This document shows, one piece after another, positions 11,280 through 24,355 of a DNA stretch of 64,000 nucleotides. The stretch lies in contig OZ024741.1 of the NCBI GenBank assembly GCA_964016885.1, forward strand, positions 241,242,001 through 241,306,000, written 5' to 3'. The stretch comes from Eledone cirrhosa. Taxonomy: Eukaryota. A program made the position numbers and the translations under genes. Position 1 is the first letter of the stretch; each line of letters opens with the position of its first letter. A model generated the notes under the pieces. That model did no database searches. It was not told where the DNA came from and saw only the letters and a program-made list of their open reading frames with translations.

Positions 11280-12664
11280 CAGCTTTTTTTAATAAATAAA
11301 TATTGACATACCCGGAAAAAAAGACAACCTTAACGGTTGGAGCTTCCTGGATAGTGGAGATAATATTTTATTGAGGGTAATACAAAGTTATGAGTGAGTA
11401 TGCAAATGAGTGTCCGAAAAGTTGAAAAGATAATGGTTTATTTAAATTAAACTGTTGGAAGAAGAGGATATGTAAGGGAGAGACAAAATAAAAATAAAAA
11501 TAAAAGGAAGGAGAAAGAGAGAAGAGGAAAGAAAAAACGATTATACATAGTGATAGTGAAGATAGTCAAGAGTGAACGAAGAAATAAATATTAATGGAAG
11601 AATATAGAGCGTAAATATATCTAAGTGAAAGAAGAAATAAGATTAACGTGGAAGAATAATAATTAGAATGTATGGTTCATTACGTTGTGATTATAATATA
11701 TTTATAATGATAAGTTGAAAAAATTAAAATTAAAGATTAAAGATTAAAATTTACCTTAATATTAAAAATTAAAAATTAAAATGAAAACATGTATTTATAA
11801 TATATTAGGATGTATTAGTAATAATATATTCGTTTAGATGTGTATGTTATGGATTATAAATTATTTAAATAAATATATAGTATTTTACATTAGAGAAAAT
11901 CTAGTATAGTTTATTTGATTAAAGTAAGTTTGGCAAAATTATATTTATTAATAGCTGTAAGTCAAAACTTAAACATCCAAATAATTCCAAATTTATGAAA
12001 GTTTTCGAGAGTTTACAAAGGAATAACTACTTAATTATATTATAAAAACAGTAAGGAAGTATAAAGGAAGTTAGAAGTGATTTTTTAAGAACTCAAATGA
12101 CTCCAAGAATACATAAAAAAAACCTTCTCCCTCCAAAAAATTTTTTTTTTATTTTTCAAAAGTTTTTTATGAGAAGTCATAAATGTTATAAAGTTAAAAA
12201 ATGTTATCTTAAGAATATAATTAAAACATAAACCATATGTTATGTTATAAAAAGTCATAAATTTATCTTAAGAATATAATTAAAACATAAACCATAGGTT
12301 ATTTCATATATATATAAAAATCATGTTATTCCACATATATATACATATTTGGATATATATTAAAAATGTTTGAAGATATAAAATATTGGAAGATATGAAA
12401 ATAACGGTTTATCCATATCTTTCAAAGAATTTTCTAAAACCTTCAGAAAGTCTTTTAAGGAAAATTTTTCTTAAAAGAATTTCAAATAGTCATATAAAAA
12501 GGTTATAATCAATTGATAAGTGTAATAATATAAAGTGTATTTATGAAGTAGAGATAATAGAAAGTAAATTAAATATATATGAATCATATATAGATATAAT
12601 CTGAAGGATGAAGTTGTAGGTGGTTGTATATAGAAAACATTATGTAAAGGAGATTAACCATATA

Positions 12665-13072
12665 TTACATTTTATATATATATCTAAAAGTTGAGTTTAA
12701 ACGATGTTTACAAGAACTAAATAAATTATTACGCAAATTAATATAGTTCTTACTTTTTAGTATAAAGAATATTTCTTCAACGCAAAGGGAGCAATTTTTG
12801 GGAAGAGCTGTGTATGAAGGAGCTTTGGAGATAATTTCCCAAGATAAAGAATAGTTAATATTCTTGGATTTTAAGTTCCATAATAAGTTGGATAGAGAAG
12901 TTGAAGATTTTTTACCAATATTCGTAAAGGAACATTTATTGAAACGAGATTTGAAGTCTGTGGAAGTAGAGCCGACATAGTTAAAGGAATTTTCATTGGT
13001 TTTGACATTACAATTGTATACTATATTTTTAACTAAACAGTTATTATTTAGAGGACAGTTAGATGGAGTCAT
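12665..13072 (-). pseudogene. GIY-YIG endonuclease domain of a Penelope-like retroelement (5'-truncated, no RT)
   Basis: CPLxxxCLxxNIVY...YVGST...FKSR...SLSNLLWNLK...WEII...CSLCVEE...INLRN...CKHR pattern typical of PLE endonucleases; the ATG comes from the inversion junction. Confidence 0.85.
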
Positions 13073-13902
13073 TTGAGTTCTTAAAAAATCACTTCTAACT
13101 TCCTTTATACTTCCTTACTGTTTTTATAATATAATTAAGTAGCTATTTCTTTGTAAACTCTCGTAAATTTTCATAAATTTGGAATTATTTGGATGTTTAA
13201 TTTTGACTTACAACTATTAATAAATATAATTTTGCCAAACTTACTTTAATCAAATAAACTATACTAGATTTTCTCTAATGTAAAATATTATATATTTATT
13301 TTAATAATTTATAATCCATAACATACACATCTAAACGAATATATTATTACTAATACATCCTAATATAATATAAATACTTCTGTTTTAATTTTAATTTTTA
13401 ATATTAATATTAAATAAATTTTTTAATATTAAGGTAAATTTTAATCTTTAATTTTGATTTTTAATTTTTAATTTTTTCAACTTATTATAAATATTATAAT
13501 CACAACGTAATGAACCATACATTCTAAATATTATTCTTCCACGTTAATCTTATTTCTTCTTTCACTTAGATATATTTACGCTCTATATTCTTCCATTAAT
13601 ATTTATTTCTTCGTTCACTCTTGACTATCTTCCCTATCACTATGTATAATCGTTTTTCTTTCCTCTTCTCTCTTTCTCCTTCCTTTTCTTTTTCTTTTAT
13701 CTCTCCCTTACATATCCTCTTCTTCCAACAGTTTAATTTAAATAAACCGTTATCTCTTCAACTTTTCGGACACTCATTTGCATACTCACTCATAACTTTG
13801 TATTACCCTCAATAAAATATTATCTCCACTATCCAGGAAGCTCCAACCGTTAAGGTTGTCTTTTTTCTGGGTATGTCAATATTTATTTATAAAACAAATC
13901 TG

Positions 13903-13968
13903 TATTTTATCTGATGAAAGCGCACCATAATTTGTCTCGGTTGCCCTTGAAATATATATAATAAAATA
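13903..13968 (+). ncRNA. Type I hammerhead ribozyme (inverted-arm copy)
   Basis: TATTTTAT-CTGATGA-AAGCGCACC...GGTTGCCCTT-GAAATATATATA-ATAAAATA. Confidence 0.75.
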
Positions 13969-14006
13969 AATATGGTTTTATAAATATAGTTTCCATTTAT
14001 TAATAT

Positions 14007-14099
<93 letters not shown>

Positions 14100-14225
14100 A
14101 AATATATACATATAATCTCTCTCTCTCTATATATATATAGTAATAATAATAAATTTGAAGACTAAAATCCAAAGATGGCTCGATAAGGATAAATATATAT
14201 CAAATATATAAGAACTGTAGAGCAT

Positions 14226-14258
<33 letters not shown>

Positions 14259-14348
14259 GTTTCAGCTTGTATTAGGTAAGCCTTTTCAAGGGTGTATATC
14301 ATTTTTTTATGACTTAGCCATCTCTCTATTTTTGCCGTACTCTTCAAT

Positions 14349-14402
<54 letters not shown>

Positions 14403-14910
14403 ATATAGACTGCATATAGACTAAAAAAAAACCCTGCTGAATAAATACAAATATATATATATATATATATATATTTGTATTTATTCACCAGGGGGTTGAA
14501 ATGATTTGTGGTTGTTTGTTCTATTTTATTTGTGGTGTGAATGAAATTGATGAGTTGAATGAGTGATTGGTCGACTGACTAAGTGATGTGTGGGTGTCTC
14601 AGTGAGTCAAGAGAAATGTAGATATGATACTTGCCATGGTTGAAAGAACCAATAGTTGTTGTTAAGGTTGATGTAATGTTGCTGTGGGGAAAGTGATTTT
14701 CCCCGGAAACAACCAAGGAAACAATACAGTACAATGAAGAAATATATTAGTTTAATGCTTGATAAAGTAAGAAAAGAGTCTTATCTTTTCGGACACTAGT
14801 CCTTTATCAGCAGATAGAATGGGGAATAAAAGAAAAGAAATAGAGAGAAGAGAGTGGGAAGAAGAAACAGAAAATGAAGTTTTGGGAGAAAAACAGTGTA
14901 TATTCAGTCA

Positions 14911-15008
<98 letters not shown>

Positions 15009-15539
15009 TAGAGAGGGGGGGAGTAGTGGTTATAGACACACTTATACATACATTAGAGACGTACATACACCCAAGCACACACATACACATATACATATAA
15101 TAGATATATATGGATTTATGAATTAGAAAATGTATTTAAGCTTTTTGGTGATAAATCTAACATTGTAATTTACATTAAGAAATAAAGTTAATGATTAAGA
15201 ATTTAAGTGTTAAGCAGTTAAGAAGTTTTAAAATGGAACACTTAATAATAATCATTATAATGATTAATAAAAAAAATAGTTGGAAAAAGAGTATGAAGGG
15301 GGAAGGTTTTGTATGATAGATGTGGATAGAGGAACAAGGAAAACTATGATTGTTAATGTAAATATAAAAATGAATATAGAAATAATGAAATGTAATATAA
15401 ATAGAAAATGTATATAGTAATGAGAAAATAAAAACATAAATAATGAAAAACTAATAATAACACAAATCTATAAAATTATATAATTATTCAAATATTATCA
15501 TCATTAATTAATATATAATTTCTCTCTCTCTTCACACAT

Positions 15540-15580
<41 letters not shown>

Positions 15581-15632
15581 TAATAAAAATAATGAATAAA
15601 AACAAAGAAACAGTTCCTTATATTAAAAATTC

Positions 15633-15766
15633 ATCATTTTACGATCGTTTCTAGGATATATATGTGTATGTTGGTATGTATATCATATAGATCTATGTAA
15701 AATTTTTACAAACTATCAAAGGGAATATATATACCTACACATATATATGCTGTCTTCAGAAATAAT
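15633..15766 (-). ncRNA. Type I hammerhead motif with a ~100-nt stem II insertion
   Basis: ATTATTT-CTGAAGA-CAGCATATATATGTGTA...TACACATATATATCCTA-GAAAC-GATC-GTA-AAATGAT; mismatches at the base of stem II. Confidence 0.55.
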
Positions 15767-15800
15767 TCATTATTCATTATTCATTATTTTTATTAATTTA

Positions 15801-15926
15801 CCCTTTACGATCTGAGTTCAAATCCCGCCGAGGTTGACTTTGCCTTTCATCCTTACGGGGTCGATAAAATAAAGTACCAGTAATGCACTGGGTAATTGCT
15901 GGCCTTGTGCCTAAAGTAGAAACAAT
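15801..15926 (+). mobile_element. SINE family 2, 5'-truncated, with target-site duplication
   Basis: Core matches 8717-8904; ATTATTTTTATTAATTTA duplicated at 15783-15800 and 15925-15942. Confidence 0.85.
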
Positions 15927-16111
15927 TATTTTTATTAATTTATCTTGACTCTGTTTTCCTGAGTTTTTCATCGAAAAAATTTTGAATACATCTTCTCTTT
16001 TCATGATATTTGGATTACATTGAGTTCTTCATACGGATTGGACACTACCGTATATTTTGGTAGATTTATCTACACATATATATATATATATAGAATTTAT
16101 GTATATACAAG

Positions 16112-16145
<34 letters not shown>

Positions 16146-16731
16146 TATATACTTGTATATATATAAAAAACTAAATATACCCTTCTGTCATGTGTGACCA
16201 TATAATTTGCACCTCGAAAATTCCCCTCTGAGGCACAAATCCGGACAAAGTTGTGTTGTAGCCACTTAGACATGCACCCTCATATATATACATATATAAG
16301 AGATGGGGACATGGATAGACCTGGCTTTTTTTTCCTCTAGAAATGTTTCTTCATTTCTGCAACTGCCCACTCTCCTCTATCTTTTTATTTCTTCTTTAAT
16401 TTCTCATTGTATTTTCAAATGAAAGACTAGCATCTGAAACGTTAAGGCTCTTTTCCTACTATATCAAGTGAATAATAATAATATATTTGTTCATTGTACT
16501 GTGTTGTTTGCGTTGTTATTTCTGTTTTCCTTTTGCATATATATATACTGTATATATATATATATATATATAGTATTTACGTATCGAGAAAGAGAGAAAA
16601 AGGAGGGATAGGTGATACATATAGTTATTTGCCAAGTAGCGTATGCCAAAGGTGCTCGATACTAGTGCCGGCAGTATTAAATATTCGAAGTGTTAATATT
16701 TAGTGGGCTAGAGAGTTAGCAGAACGTAAGC

Positions 16732-17261
16732 ACGTGGGAAAGTAAAAAAAATCGGAGAATAGACCGTTAAAACATGTTTATTTAAAACAGCACCTACGTA
16801 CGTTTCGCCCAGTTGGGATTCTCAAGGGCATAAATAATCACAAGTGTTCCTTATATAGTTCGGAAAGAGTTTTGGGGGTTAAATCTACATCAAGATTCAT
16901 TGCTCGCAAAAATATCTTGTTTTGATTTTGCAGCAGGTCAAGGGAGGTAACTCTGGCCGGTGTTAGGGCAGTCTTTCCCGGATAATTATTATTATTATTT
17001 TTTTTTTTTTTTGCCGCATCCGTTTGTCTGAGACTGGGTCTGGTATGCAAGGATTGTTTTCTGGGTGTTATTTTGCTGCGCCTGCCCGCCGGGGTGTTAA
17101 GACTTGTTGCAGGGAGATCCAGTGTACTATTTCACTCTTCATTCGGAACACTTGTGATTATTTATGCCCTTGAGAAGCCCAACTGGGCGAAACGTACGTA
17201 GGTGATATTTTAAATAAACATGTTTTAACGGTCTATTCTCCGATTTTTTACTTTCCCACGT
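16732..17261. mobile_element. Short element with ~118-bp inverted arms, each carrying a variant hammerhead
   Basis: 16732-16850 is the reverse complement of 17145-17261. Confidence 0.75.
17165..17204 (+). ncRNA. Minimal hammerhead-like motif with variant core CUUGAGAA
   Basis: TGCC-CTTGAGAA-GCCC-AACT-GGGC-GAAAC-GTAC-GTA-GGTG; palindromic ACGTACGT; mirror copy at 16791-16830. Confidence 0.6.
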
Positions 17262-17318
17262 ATATATATATATAATTTATACATAGTAACTATATAACAG
17301 CATATACATAGTAACTAC

Positions 17319-17358
<40 letters not shown>

Positions 17359-17668
17359 TATATTCAATGTAGTTACTACGTATACACTGTTTTATAGTTT
17401 CTGTGCATATATTGTTATATATATTTTGTAAATATTGTTATAGATTGCTATATTTAATGTTATTTTATTTGATGTTGTTGTTCTTATATTGGCGGTGGTA
17501 GTGGGGAGTTCCTGTTTTTGATGTTGTTTTCTTGCAATTTTTTTAAGTGAAAATGTTTTCCCCCATGCTTCTATGGAACACAACAATCACCTCCAGCTTT
17601 CCTGGAGCATCCTAGTGACAGTGAAAATGGTTTGAGGGGAGGGAAACAGTCTTGAAATATTCATATAT

Positions 17669-17714
17669 TCACAAAACAACTTTAAGAATAAACTTGTGCA
17701 AAAGTGCTTTTTGT
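17669..17714 (-). CDS. Candidate terminal coding exon of an unidentified host gene
   Basis: Acceptor ...AATTTCTCCAG|A; phase-compatible with 19231-19385; reads (K)QKALLHKFILKVVL*. Confidence 0.35.
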
Positions 17715-17962
17715 CTGGAGAAATTGTTTTGTGAAATTTAGAAACAAAACAAATGAGAAACAAACAAAAAGAAAAGTGTTAGAAATATGTATAGGTTAAT
17801 GGGTATATATATATATATATATATGTATGTATATGTGTATATATATATACATGTATGGACACACACGCATACACATATATATATTTGAATATATATATAT
17901 ATATATATACATATATATATACATATATATATGCATACATATATACATATATATTTATATAT

Positions 17963-18023
<61 letters not shown>

Positions 18024-18107
18024 TATATACACGTATGGACACACACGCACGCACATATATATTTGAATATATATATATACAGATAGATATGTGTGTGTGA
18101 ATGTGTG

Positions 18108-18161
<54 letters not shown>

Positions 18162-18876
18162 AGAGAGGACCACACAATGATTGATGGAGAAAATATGTAG
18201 AAACTGTTTGTGAAAATTTGTGTATATATTTTTATGTTCCTCTTTTACTATTTTTTTTTTTTTAATTGCAACAGAAAAATAAAATAAAAGTTTTTGATAT
18301 ATTTGTGTGGACGAGAGATTATGTAAAAACTCTGAGATATCTTTAACATTCCTGACAGGTAAACATTTTATCTGGCTCCACACCTTTCTCTCTGGGCGAC
18401 CATTTCCTATATATATTTTTTTTTCATGTCTTGCAGTGACTCTCATCTTAATAAACATCCTCCTCGAAAGTCTCACAGTATTTTGGCAGCAGCGAAGCAA
18501 TGCGTATTTTTTTTTTTTTTTTACACATGCAGATGCTGCAATACACATTTTATTATTCTTTCTCCCCACCGCCCTCTCTTGTGGCTGATTTTCAAAGGAT
18601 CAAGCAAGTCTGAAGCCATTGTGCTTCTAGCTGACATTAACTGATTTCAGATTTCATCCAGTTTTTCCATCTCTTTATTTTTTGGTGGGGAAAAAAATAT
18701 TGAGAGAATATGTAGTCACTTTTAGATATAGGTGTTGTATGTGTGAGCTTTTCAACTAAACAGATTGCAGCATTTGTGCATCTGGTGTTGTGATGAGATG
18801 CAGTGGCAGTGGTGGTGGTGTTGGTGGTGTTGGTGGTGTGAGTGTGATGGTAATGATATTACAGAGAGTGGTTTAA

Positions 18877-19083
18877 TGTATCTGTACATCTCGTGTTGCA
18901 TTGATAGATATTGTAGTTAGTTGATTAGAGTGAATATAGTATTGCATCTGTACACCTGGTGTTGAGTGGAGAGATATGGTAGTGAGTTGATTAGAGAGAA
19001 CAGGGTACTGCATCTGTACATCTGGTATTGTGTTGATAGATATGGTAGTGAGTTGATTAGAGAGAATGGAGTACTGCATCTGG
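18877..19083. repeat. 66-bp tandem repeat, about 3 diverged units
   Basis: TG(C/T)ATCTG anchors at ~18877, 18943, 19009 and 19075. Confidence 0.8.
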
Positions 19084-19230
19084 TTTGTCTTTCCAACACA
19101 GAACTTACAGCTATGAAAACAAAGTATAAACATACAAACCCTTGGAATTTTACTGATTAACACACCCATATATATACACATATATACATCCTAAGTTTAC
19201 ATTTACAATTTTTATGGTCGTCTAACATAC

Positions 19231-19385
19231 TTGTTTGTCTCTCTGTGCATCAGCACACATAGTAACCTGTCCCTCATGTTGTTCATCTCTTCTGAATGAC
19301 ACCTTCTTAATTTGGAAGTAACATCATGGTACAACTCTAAGCCTGTGTTTCCTGGATGTTTACCTTCCAAAAAACGATAAATCAG
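19231..19385 (-). CDS. Candidate internal exon (155 nt) of an unidentified host gene
   Basis: Acceptor TTCTGATCTTCAG| and donor |GTATGT; open frame LIYRFLEGKHPGNTGLELYHDVTSKLRRCHSEEMNNMRDRLLCVLMHRETN; non-repetitive sequence. Confidence 0.5.
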
Positions 19386-19479
19386 CTGAAGATCAGAATT
19401 TTCGGTTGTTATTGTAGTGTTTGTCACATTCCTCATTTTTCTCATTTCTTATTGTTTTTCTGATTATGTCTTCCTGGCA

Positions 19480-20620
19480 CTTCTTCACCCAAGGCTCATC
19501 ACCCATACCTATCACATCCCTCCCAATGCAGTCTTCTCTCTTGTACACTACTTCTGATTCCTCTTAAACCCAGGTTCTTCCTCAGTTTATTCAACCTCTG
19601 CCATTTTCATATATTTACATTGCACATCCATTGAAGTATGGTTGCTTCATTTCTCTCCAGCCTATGCATATTCCCTGCAGTCACTGCCCATGTAGCATTG
19701 CATTTTGCACACAGGCATCATACAGCCATCTTTTGTTCATAGAGGGAAACTTTTGTTGTCAACAAAGGGAGTAGCTCCCTAAACTTCTATCCTATCCTTA
19801 TTCCAGCTACTATATTCTCAGAGCACCCTCCTCCACTGCTAATTAGGTCACATAGATAGCAGAAGCTATCAACCATTTCTATTGATCCTTCATATGATTG
19901 GAAAAGGTTTATATCACTGATGCACTTACTATCAATAAACCCTGTGCATTTATTACATATGAAATCTTCCTTTCCTGTTAGTTTGCCTACCCAAGATTTA
20001 TATTATGAACATCATATAGAGTTTCTGCCTACTCCTTTTCTGCATATCAAACATGGCCACTTCCCTGATGGCGTCAGGGTCTTGTCTTCTTTCTTACTTT
20101 CTAGAATTTTAGATTTTGTTAAGTTTACTCTCAGATCTTTTGATTGTAAAATTTGTTTCCAGAGTCAGAAATTGTTCTCTAGTTCTACAGATTTGGCTTT
20201 AAGGAGCAGATCATCAGCATAAAGAAGTTCCCATGGACAGTCAGTCTTAAATTCCTCTGTTATGGCTTGTAGAACAGAAGTGGCTTGAGGATCAAACCCT
20301 GATGAATTCTTCATTAAACTCCTTCCTACTATCACTTTACTGACAGCTCTTCTGTACATGGTTTGTGTTGCTCTCATGAGACATTCTTCTACACTTAATT
20401 TCCTTAAAGACCTCCAGACAGCAGATCATGGTACTCTGCCAAGCACCTTTTCTAGATCAAGAAAAAGCTAAATGCAGCAACTTATTCTTGGTTAGGAATT
20501 TTCTTCTAGTTGTCTCACAAGAACGAAGCCATCTGTAGTATTCCCAGGCACAAAACTGAACTGCATCTCGTTTAATTTGGCTCATTCCTTAATTTGCTGT
20601 GTTAGAACTCTTTCCATTCA
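19480..20620 (-). pseudogene. Old, degraded RTE LINE (RT region)
   Basis: ORF 20165-20377 has LQAITEEFKTDCPWELLYADDL; many stops and indels. Confidence 0.85.
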
Positions 20621-21062
20621 ATTACAATATCAACAACAACAATAGTAACAACAACCTGCAATATGAATAGACAAGTGATATGTTGATTTGAATCCCCACA
20701 GCAGGGATGACCTGGTGTTACACAATAACTTCCAATATCAATAGCAGTCATAACCAAGCTCCTACATCTGGTGCAGCCTGTTGTTGAGGTTCCACTCTAG
20801 ATCTTTGATAGAGTGTCCCTCGCGGCATTTCAGTGGGATTTAGAAATGCTTGGCAGTGTCCATCCCCTCCTCATGTGTCTAGTCCCTCACCAAGTTTAGT
20901 CTACCAGCAGAAGTAATTTCTGGTATGTGGTTGAAAAATGTCCTGGAGTCAGAAGTGAGAGCTAGGTGAGAACCAGGGTACATGTTTGTCCCAAAGGATG
21001 TCACTGGTAGTCATCAAGGTATTCTCTTTACCAGAATACTCCAGTTTAGAGATAATGTTACT

Positions 21063-21284
21063 TTAATCATTTAGCATTTAAACCGGCCATATCAGGTCAG
21101 TATTCTATCTCCTCTTTCTGTTCAAACTGGCCATAACTGGCCATTCATACTTATGTTAAGGTATTGTTCTCAAAATAAATAACATCAAAATCTCATAGAT
21201 TCGATATTATGTGAGATAATTATGTAAGGTAAAGCCTTTACCACAAAAATACATTAGTATATATATAGTAATATAAAGGGTTAA
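21063..21284. mobile_element. Probable piggyBac-type MITE
   Basis: Bounded by TTAA; right end AAAGGGTTAA, degenerate left end TTAATCATTTAGCATTTAAACCGGCC. Confidence 0.45.
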
Positions 21285-21299
21285 ACTCTGCATAATGGT

Positions 21300-21800
21300 A
21301 CAGCCAGTACTGCAATAATGTTTCTTCAAATCACTTTACTCTATTTACAAAGAAACATTATACAATATTATGTCCAGTATTGAAATAACATTTCTTTAAA
21401 TTATTTCACTCCACTTTCAAAGAGATAGTGAGTAATAGTATGGCTGTGTTTATAATAATGATTTTTCTATCTTAGATAACTTTACATCCAGTATTGCAAT
21501 AATATTTCTTCAAATCACCTAACACTATTTTCAAAGGAACATTATATAACGTTATGTCCAGTATTGTTTCTTTATATCATGTCACTTTATATTCAAAGAG
21601 ACAATGGGTAACAAGCACTACATCCAGGTTTGATGTAATGATTCTTTAAATTCTGCTTCAATGGTATGTCCAGTATCGCAATAACATTTCTTTAAATCTT
21701 TATATCTATATTCCAAGGAACATAATATACTGCTAGGTCCAGTATTGTGATAATGTTTCTTTAAATACCTTCACTCTATTTTTAAAGGAACAGTATTATG
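21300..21800. repeat. Degenerate ~70-bp tandem repeat, about 7 units
   Basis: CCAGTATTG...TTTCTTTAAAT anchors at ~21304, 21374, 21488, 21558, 21624, 21670 and 21739. Confidence 0.65.
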
Positions 21801-24150
21801 TACAGTATATAACACTGTACTACAGTATATAACACTGCACTACAGTATATAACACTGTACTACAGTATATAACACTGTACTACAGTATATAACACTGTAC
21901 TACAGTATATAACACTGTACTACAGTATATAACATTGTACTCCAGTATATAACATTGTACTCCAGTATATAACATTGTACTCCAGTATATAACACGGTAA
22001 TACAGTATATAACACCGTACTACAGTATATAACACAGTACAGTATATAACACTGTACTACAGTATGTAACACTGTACTACAGTATATAACACAGTACAGT
22101 ATATAACACTGTACTACAGTATATAACACTGTACTACAGTATATAACACTGTACAGTATATAACACAGTACAGTATATAACACTGTACTACAGTATATAA
22201 CACTGTACAGTATATAACACTGTACTACAGTATATAACACTGTACTACAGTATATAACACTGTACTACAGTATATAACACTGCACTACAGTATATAACAC
22301 TGTACTACAGTATATAACACTGTACTACAGTATATAACACTGCACTACAGTATATAACACTGTACAGTATATAACACTGTACTACAGTATATAACACTGT
22401 ACAGTATATAACACTGTACTACAGTATATAACACTGTACTACAGTATATAACACTGTATTACAGTATATAACACTGTACTACAGTATAAAACACTGTACA
22501 GTATATAACACTGTACTACAGTATATAACACTGTACTGCAGTATATAACACTGTACTACAGTATATAACACTGTACTGCAGTATATAACACTGTACTACA
22601 GTATATAACACTGTACTACAGTATATAACACCGTACTACAGTATATAACACAGTACAGTATATAACACTGTACTACAGTATATAACACTGTACTACAGTA
22701 TATAACACTCTACAGTATATAACACTGTACTACAGTATATAACACTCTACAGTATATAACACTGTACTACAGTATATAACACTGTACTACAGTATATAAC
22801 ACTGCACTACAGTATATAACACTGTACAGTATATAACACTGCACTACAGTATATAACACTGTACTGCAGTATATAACACTGTACTACAGTATATAACACT
22901 GTACTACAGTATATAACACTGCACTACAGTATATAACACTGTACTACAATATATAACACTGTACTACAGTATATAACACTGTACTAATGTATATAACAAT
23001 GTACTGCAGTATATAACACTGTACTACAGTATATAACACTGTACAGTATATAACACTGTACAGTATATAACACTGTACTACAGTATATAACACTGTACAG
23101 TATATAACACTGTACTACAGTATATAACACTGTACTACAGTATATAACACTGTATTACAGTATATAACACTGTACTACAGTATAAAACACTGTACAGTAT
23201 ATAACACTGTACAGTATATAACACTGTACTACAGTATGTAACACTGTACTACAGTATATAACACTCTACAGTATATAACACTGTACTGCAGTATATAACA
23301 CTGCACTACAGTATATAACACTGTACTACAGTATATAACACTGTACTACAGTATATAACACTGCACTACAGTATAAAACACTGTACAGTATATAACACTG
23401 TACTACAGTATATAACACTGTACTACAGTATATAACACTGCACTACAGTATATAACACTGCACTACAGTATATAACACTGTACTACAGTATATAACATTG
23501 TACAGTATATAACACTGTACTAGAGTATATAACACTGTACTACAGTATATAACACTGTACTACAGTATATAACACTGTACTACAGTATATAACACTGTAA
23601 CACTGTACTGCAGTATATAACACTGTACTACAGTATATAACACTGCACTACAGTATATAACACTGTACTACAGTATATAACACTGCACTACAGTATATAA
23701 CACTGTACTACAGTATATAACACTGCACTACAGTATATAACACTGTACTACAGTATATAACACTGCACTACAGTATATAACACTGTACTACAGTATATAA
23801 CACTGTACTACAGTATATAACACTGCACTACAGTATATAACACTGTACTACAGTATATAACACTGCACTACAGTATATAACACTGCACTACAGTATATAA
23901 CACTGTACTACACTATATAACACTGCACTACAGTATATAACACTGTACTACAGTATATAACACTGTACTACAGTATATAACACTGTAACACTGTACTACA
24001 GTATATAACACTGTACTACAGTATATAACACTGTACTACAGTATATAACACTGTACTACAGTATATAACACTGCACTACAGTATATAACACTGTACTGCA
24101 GTATATAACACCGTACAATATATAACACTGTACTGTATATATAATACTAT
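21800..24150. repeat. 20-bp minisatellite with 17-bp variants, roughly 120 units
   Basis: Unit TACAGTATATAACACTGTAC with internal dyad TACAGT/ACTGTA. Confidence 0.95.
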
Positions 24151-24165
24151 GTACAGACAATAATA

Positions 24166-24355
24166 ATTGTTTCTACTTTTGGCACAAGGCCAGCAATTAG
24201 CCCAGTGCATTACTGGTACTTTATTTTATTGACCGCATATGGATGAAAGGCAAAATTAACCTCGGCGGGATTTGAACTCAGATCATAAAGGTCCATAAGT
24301 CTACGCTGCAAAGCATGGCATCCAACTCCTCTACTGATACTGCCAATGCACCGCC
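24166..24355 (-). mobile_element. SINE family 2, full copy
   Basis: Reverse-complement match to 8717-8904; CAATAATAAT on both flanks. Confidence 0.85.

Larger units (their letters stand above)
11172..14010 (-). mobile_element. Penelope-like element relic with ~935-bp inverted arms
   Basis: 11172-12105 is the reverse complement of 13064-14010; GIY-YIG ORF in the centre; a hammerhead motif near the outer end of each arm. Confidence 0.85.

Noticed and set aside
14770-14815. Hammerhead-like CTGATAA-AGGAC...GTCC-GAAA on the minus strand (similar relics at ~16420, ~39165 and ~44270)
   Set aside because: Stem I or the core is broken; treated as decayed relics and not listed as ribozymes
18442-18640. 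Possible short exons on either strand
   Set aside because: Splice sites are weak or conflicting and no recognisable peptide results
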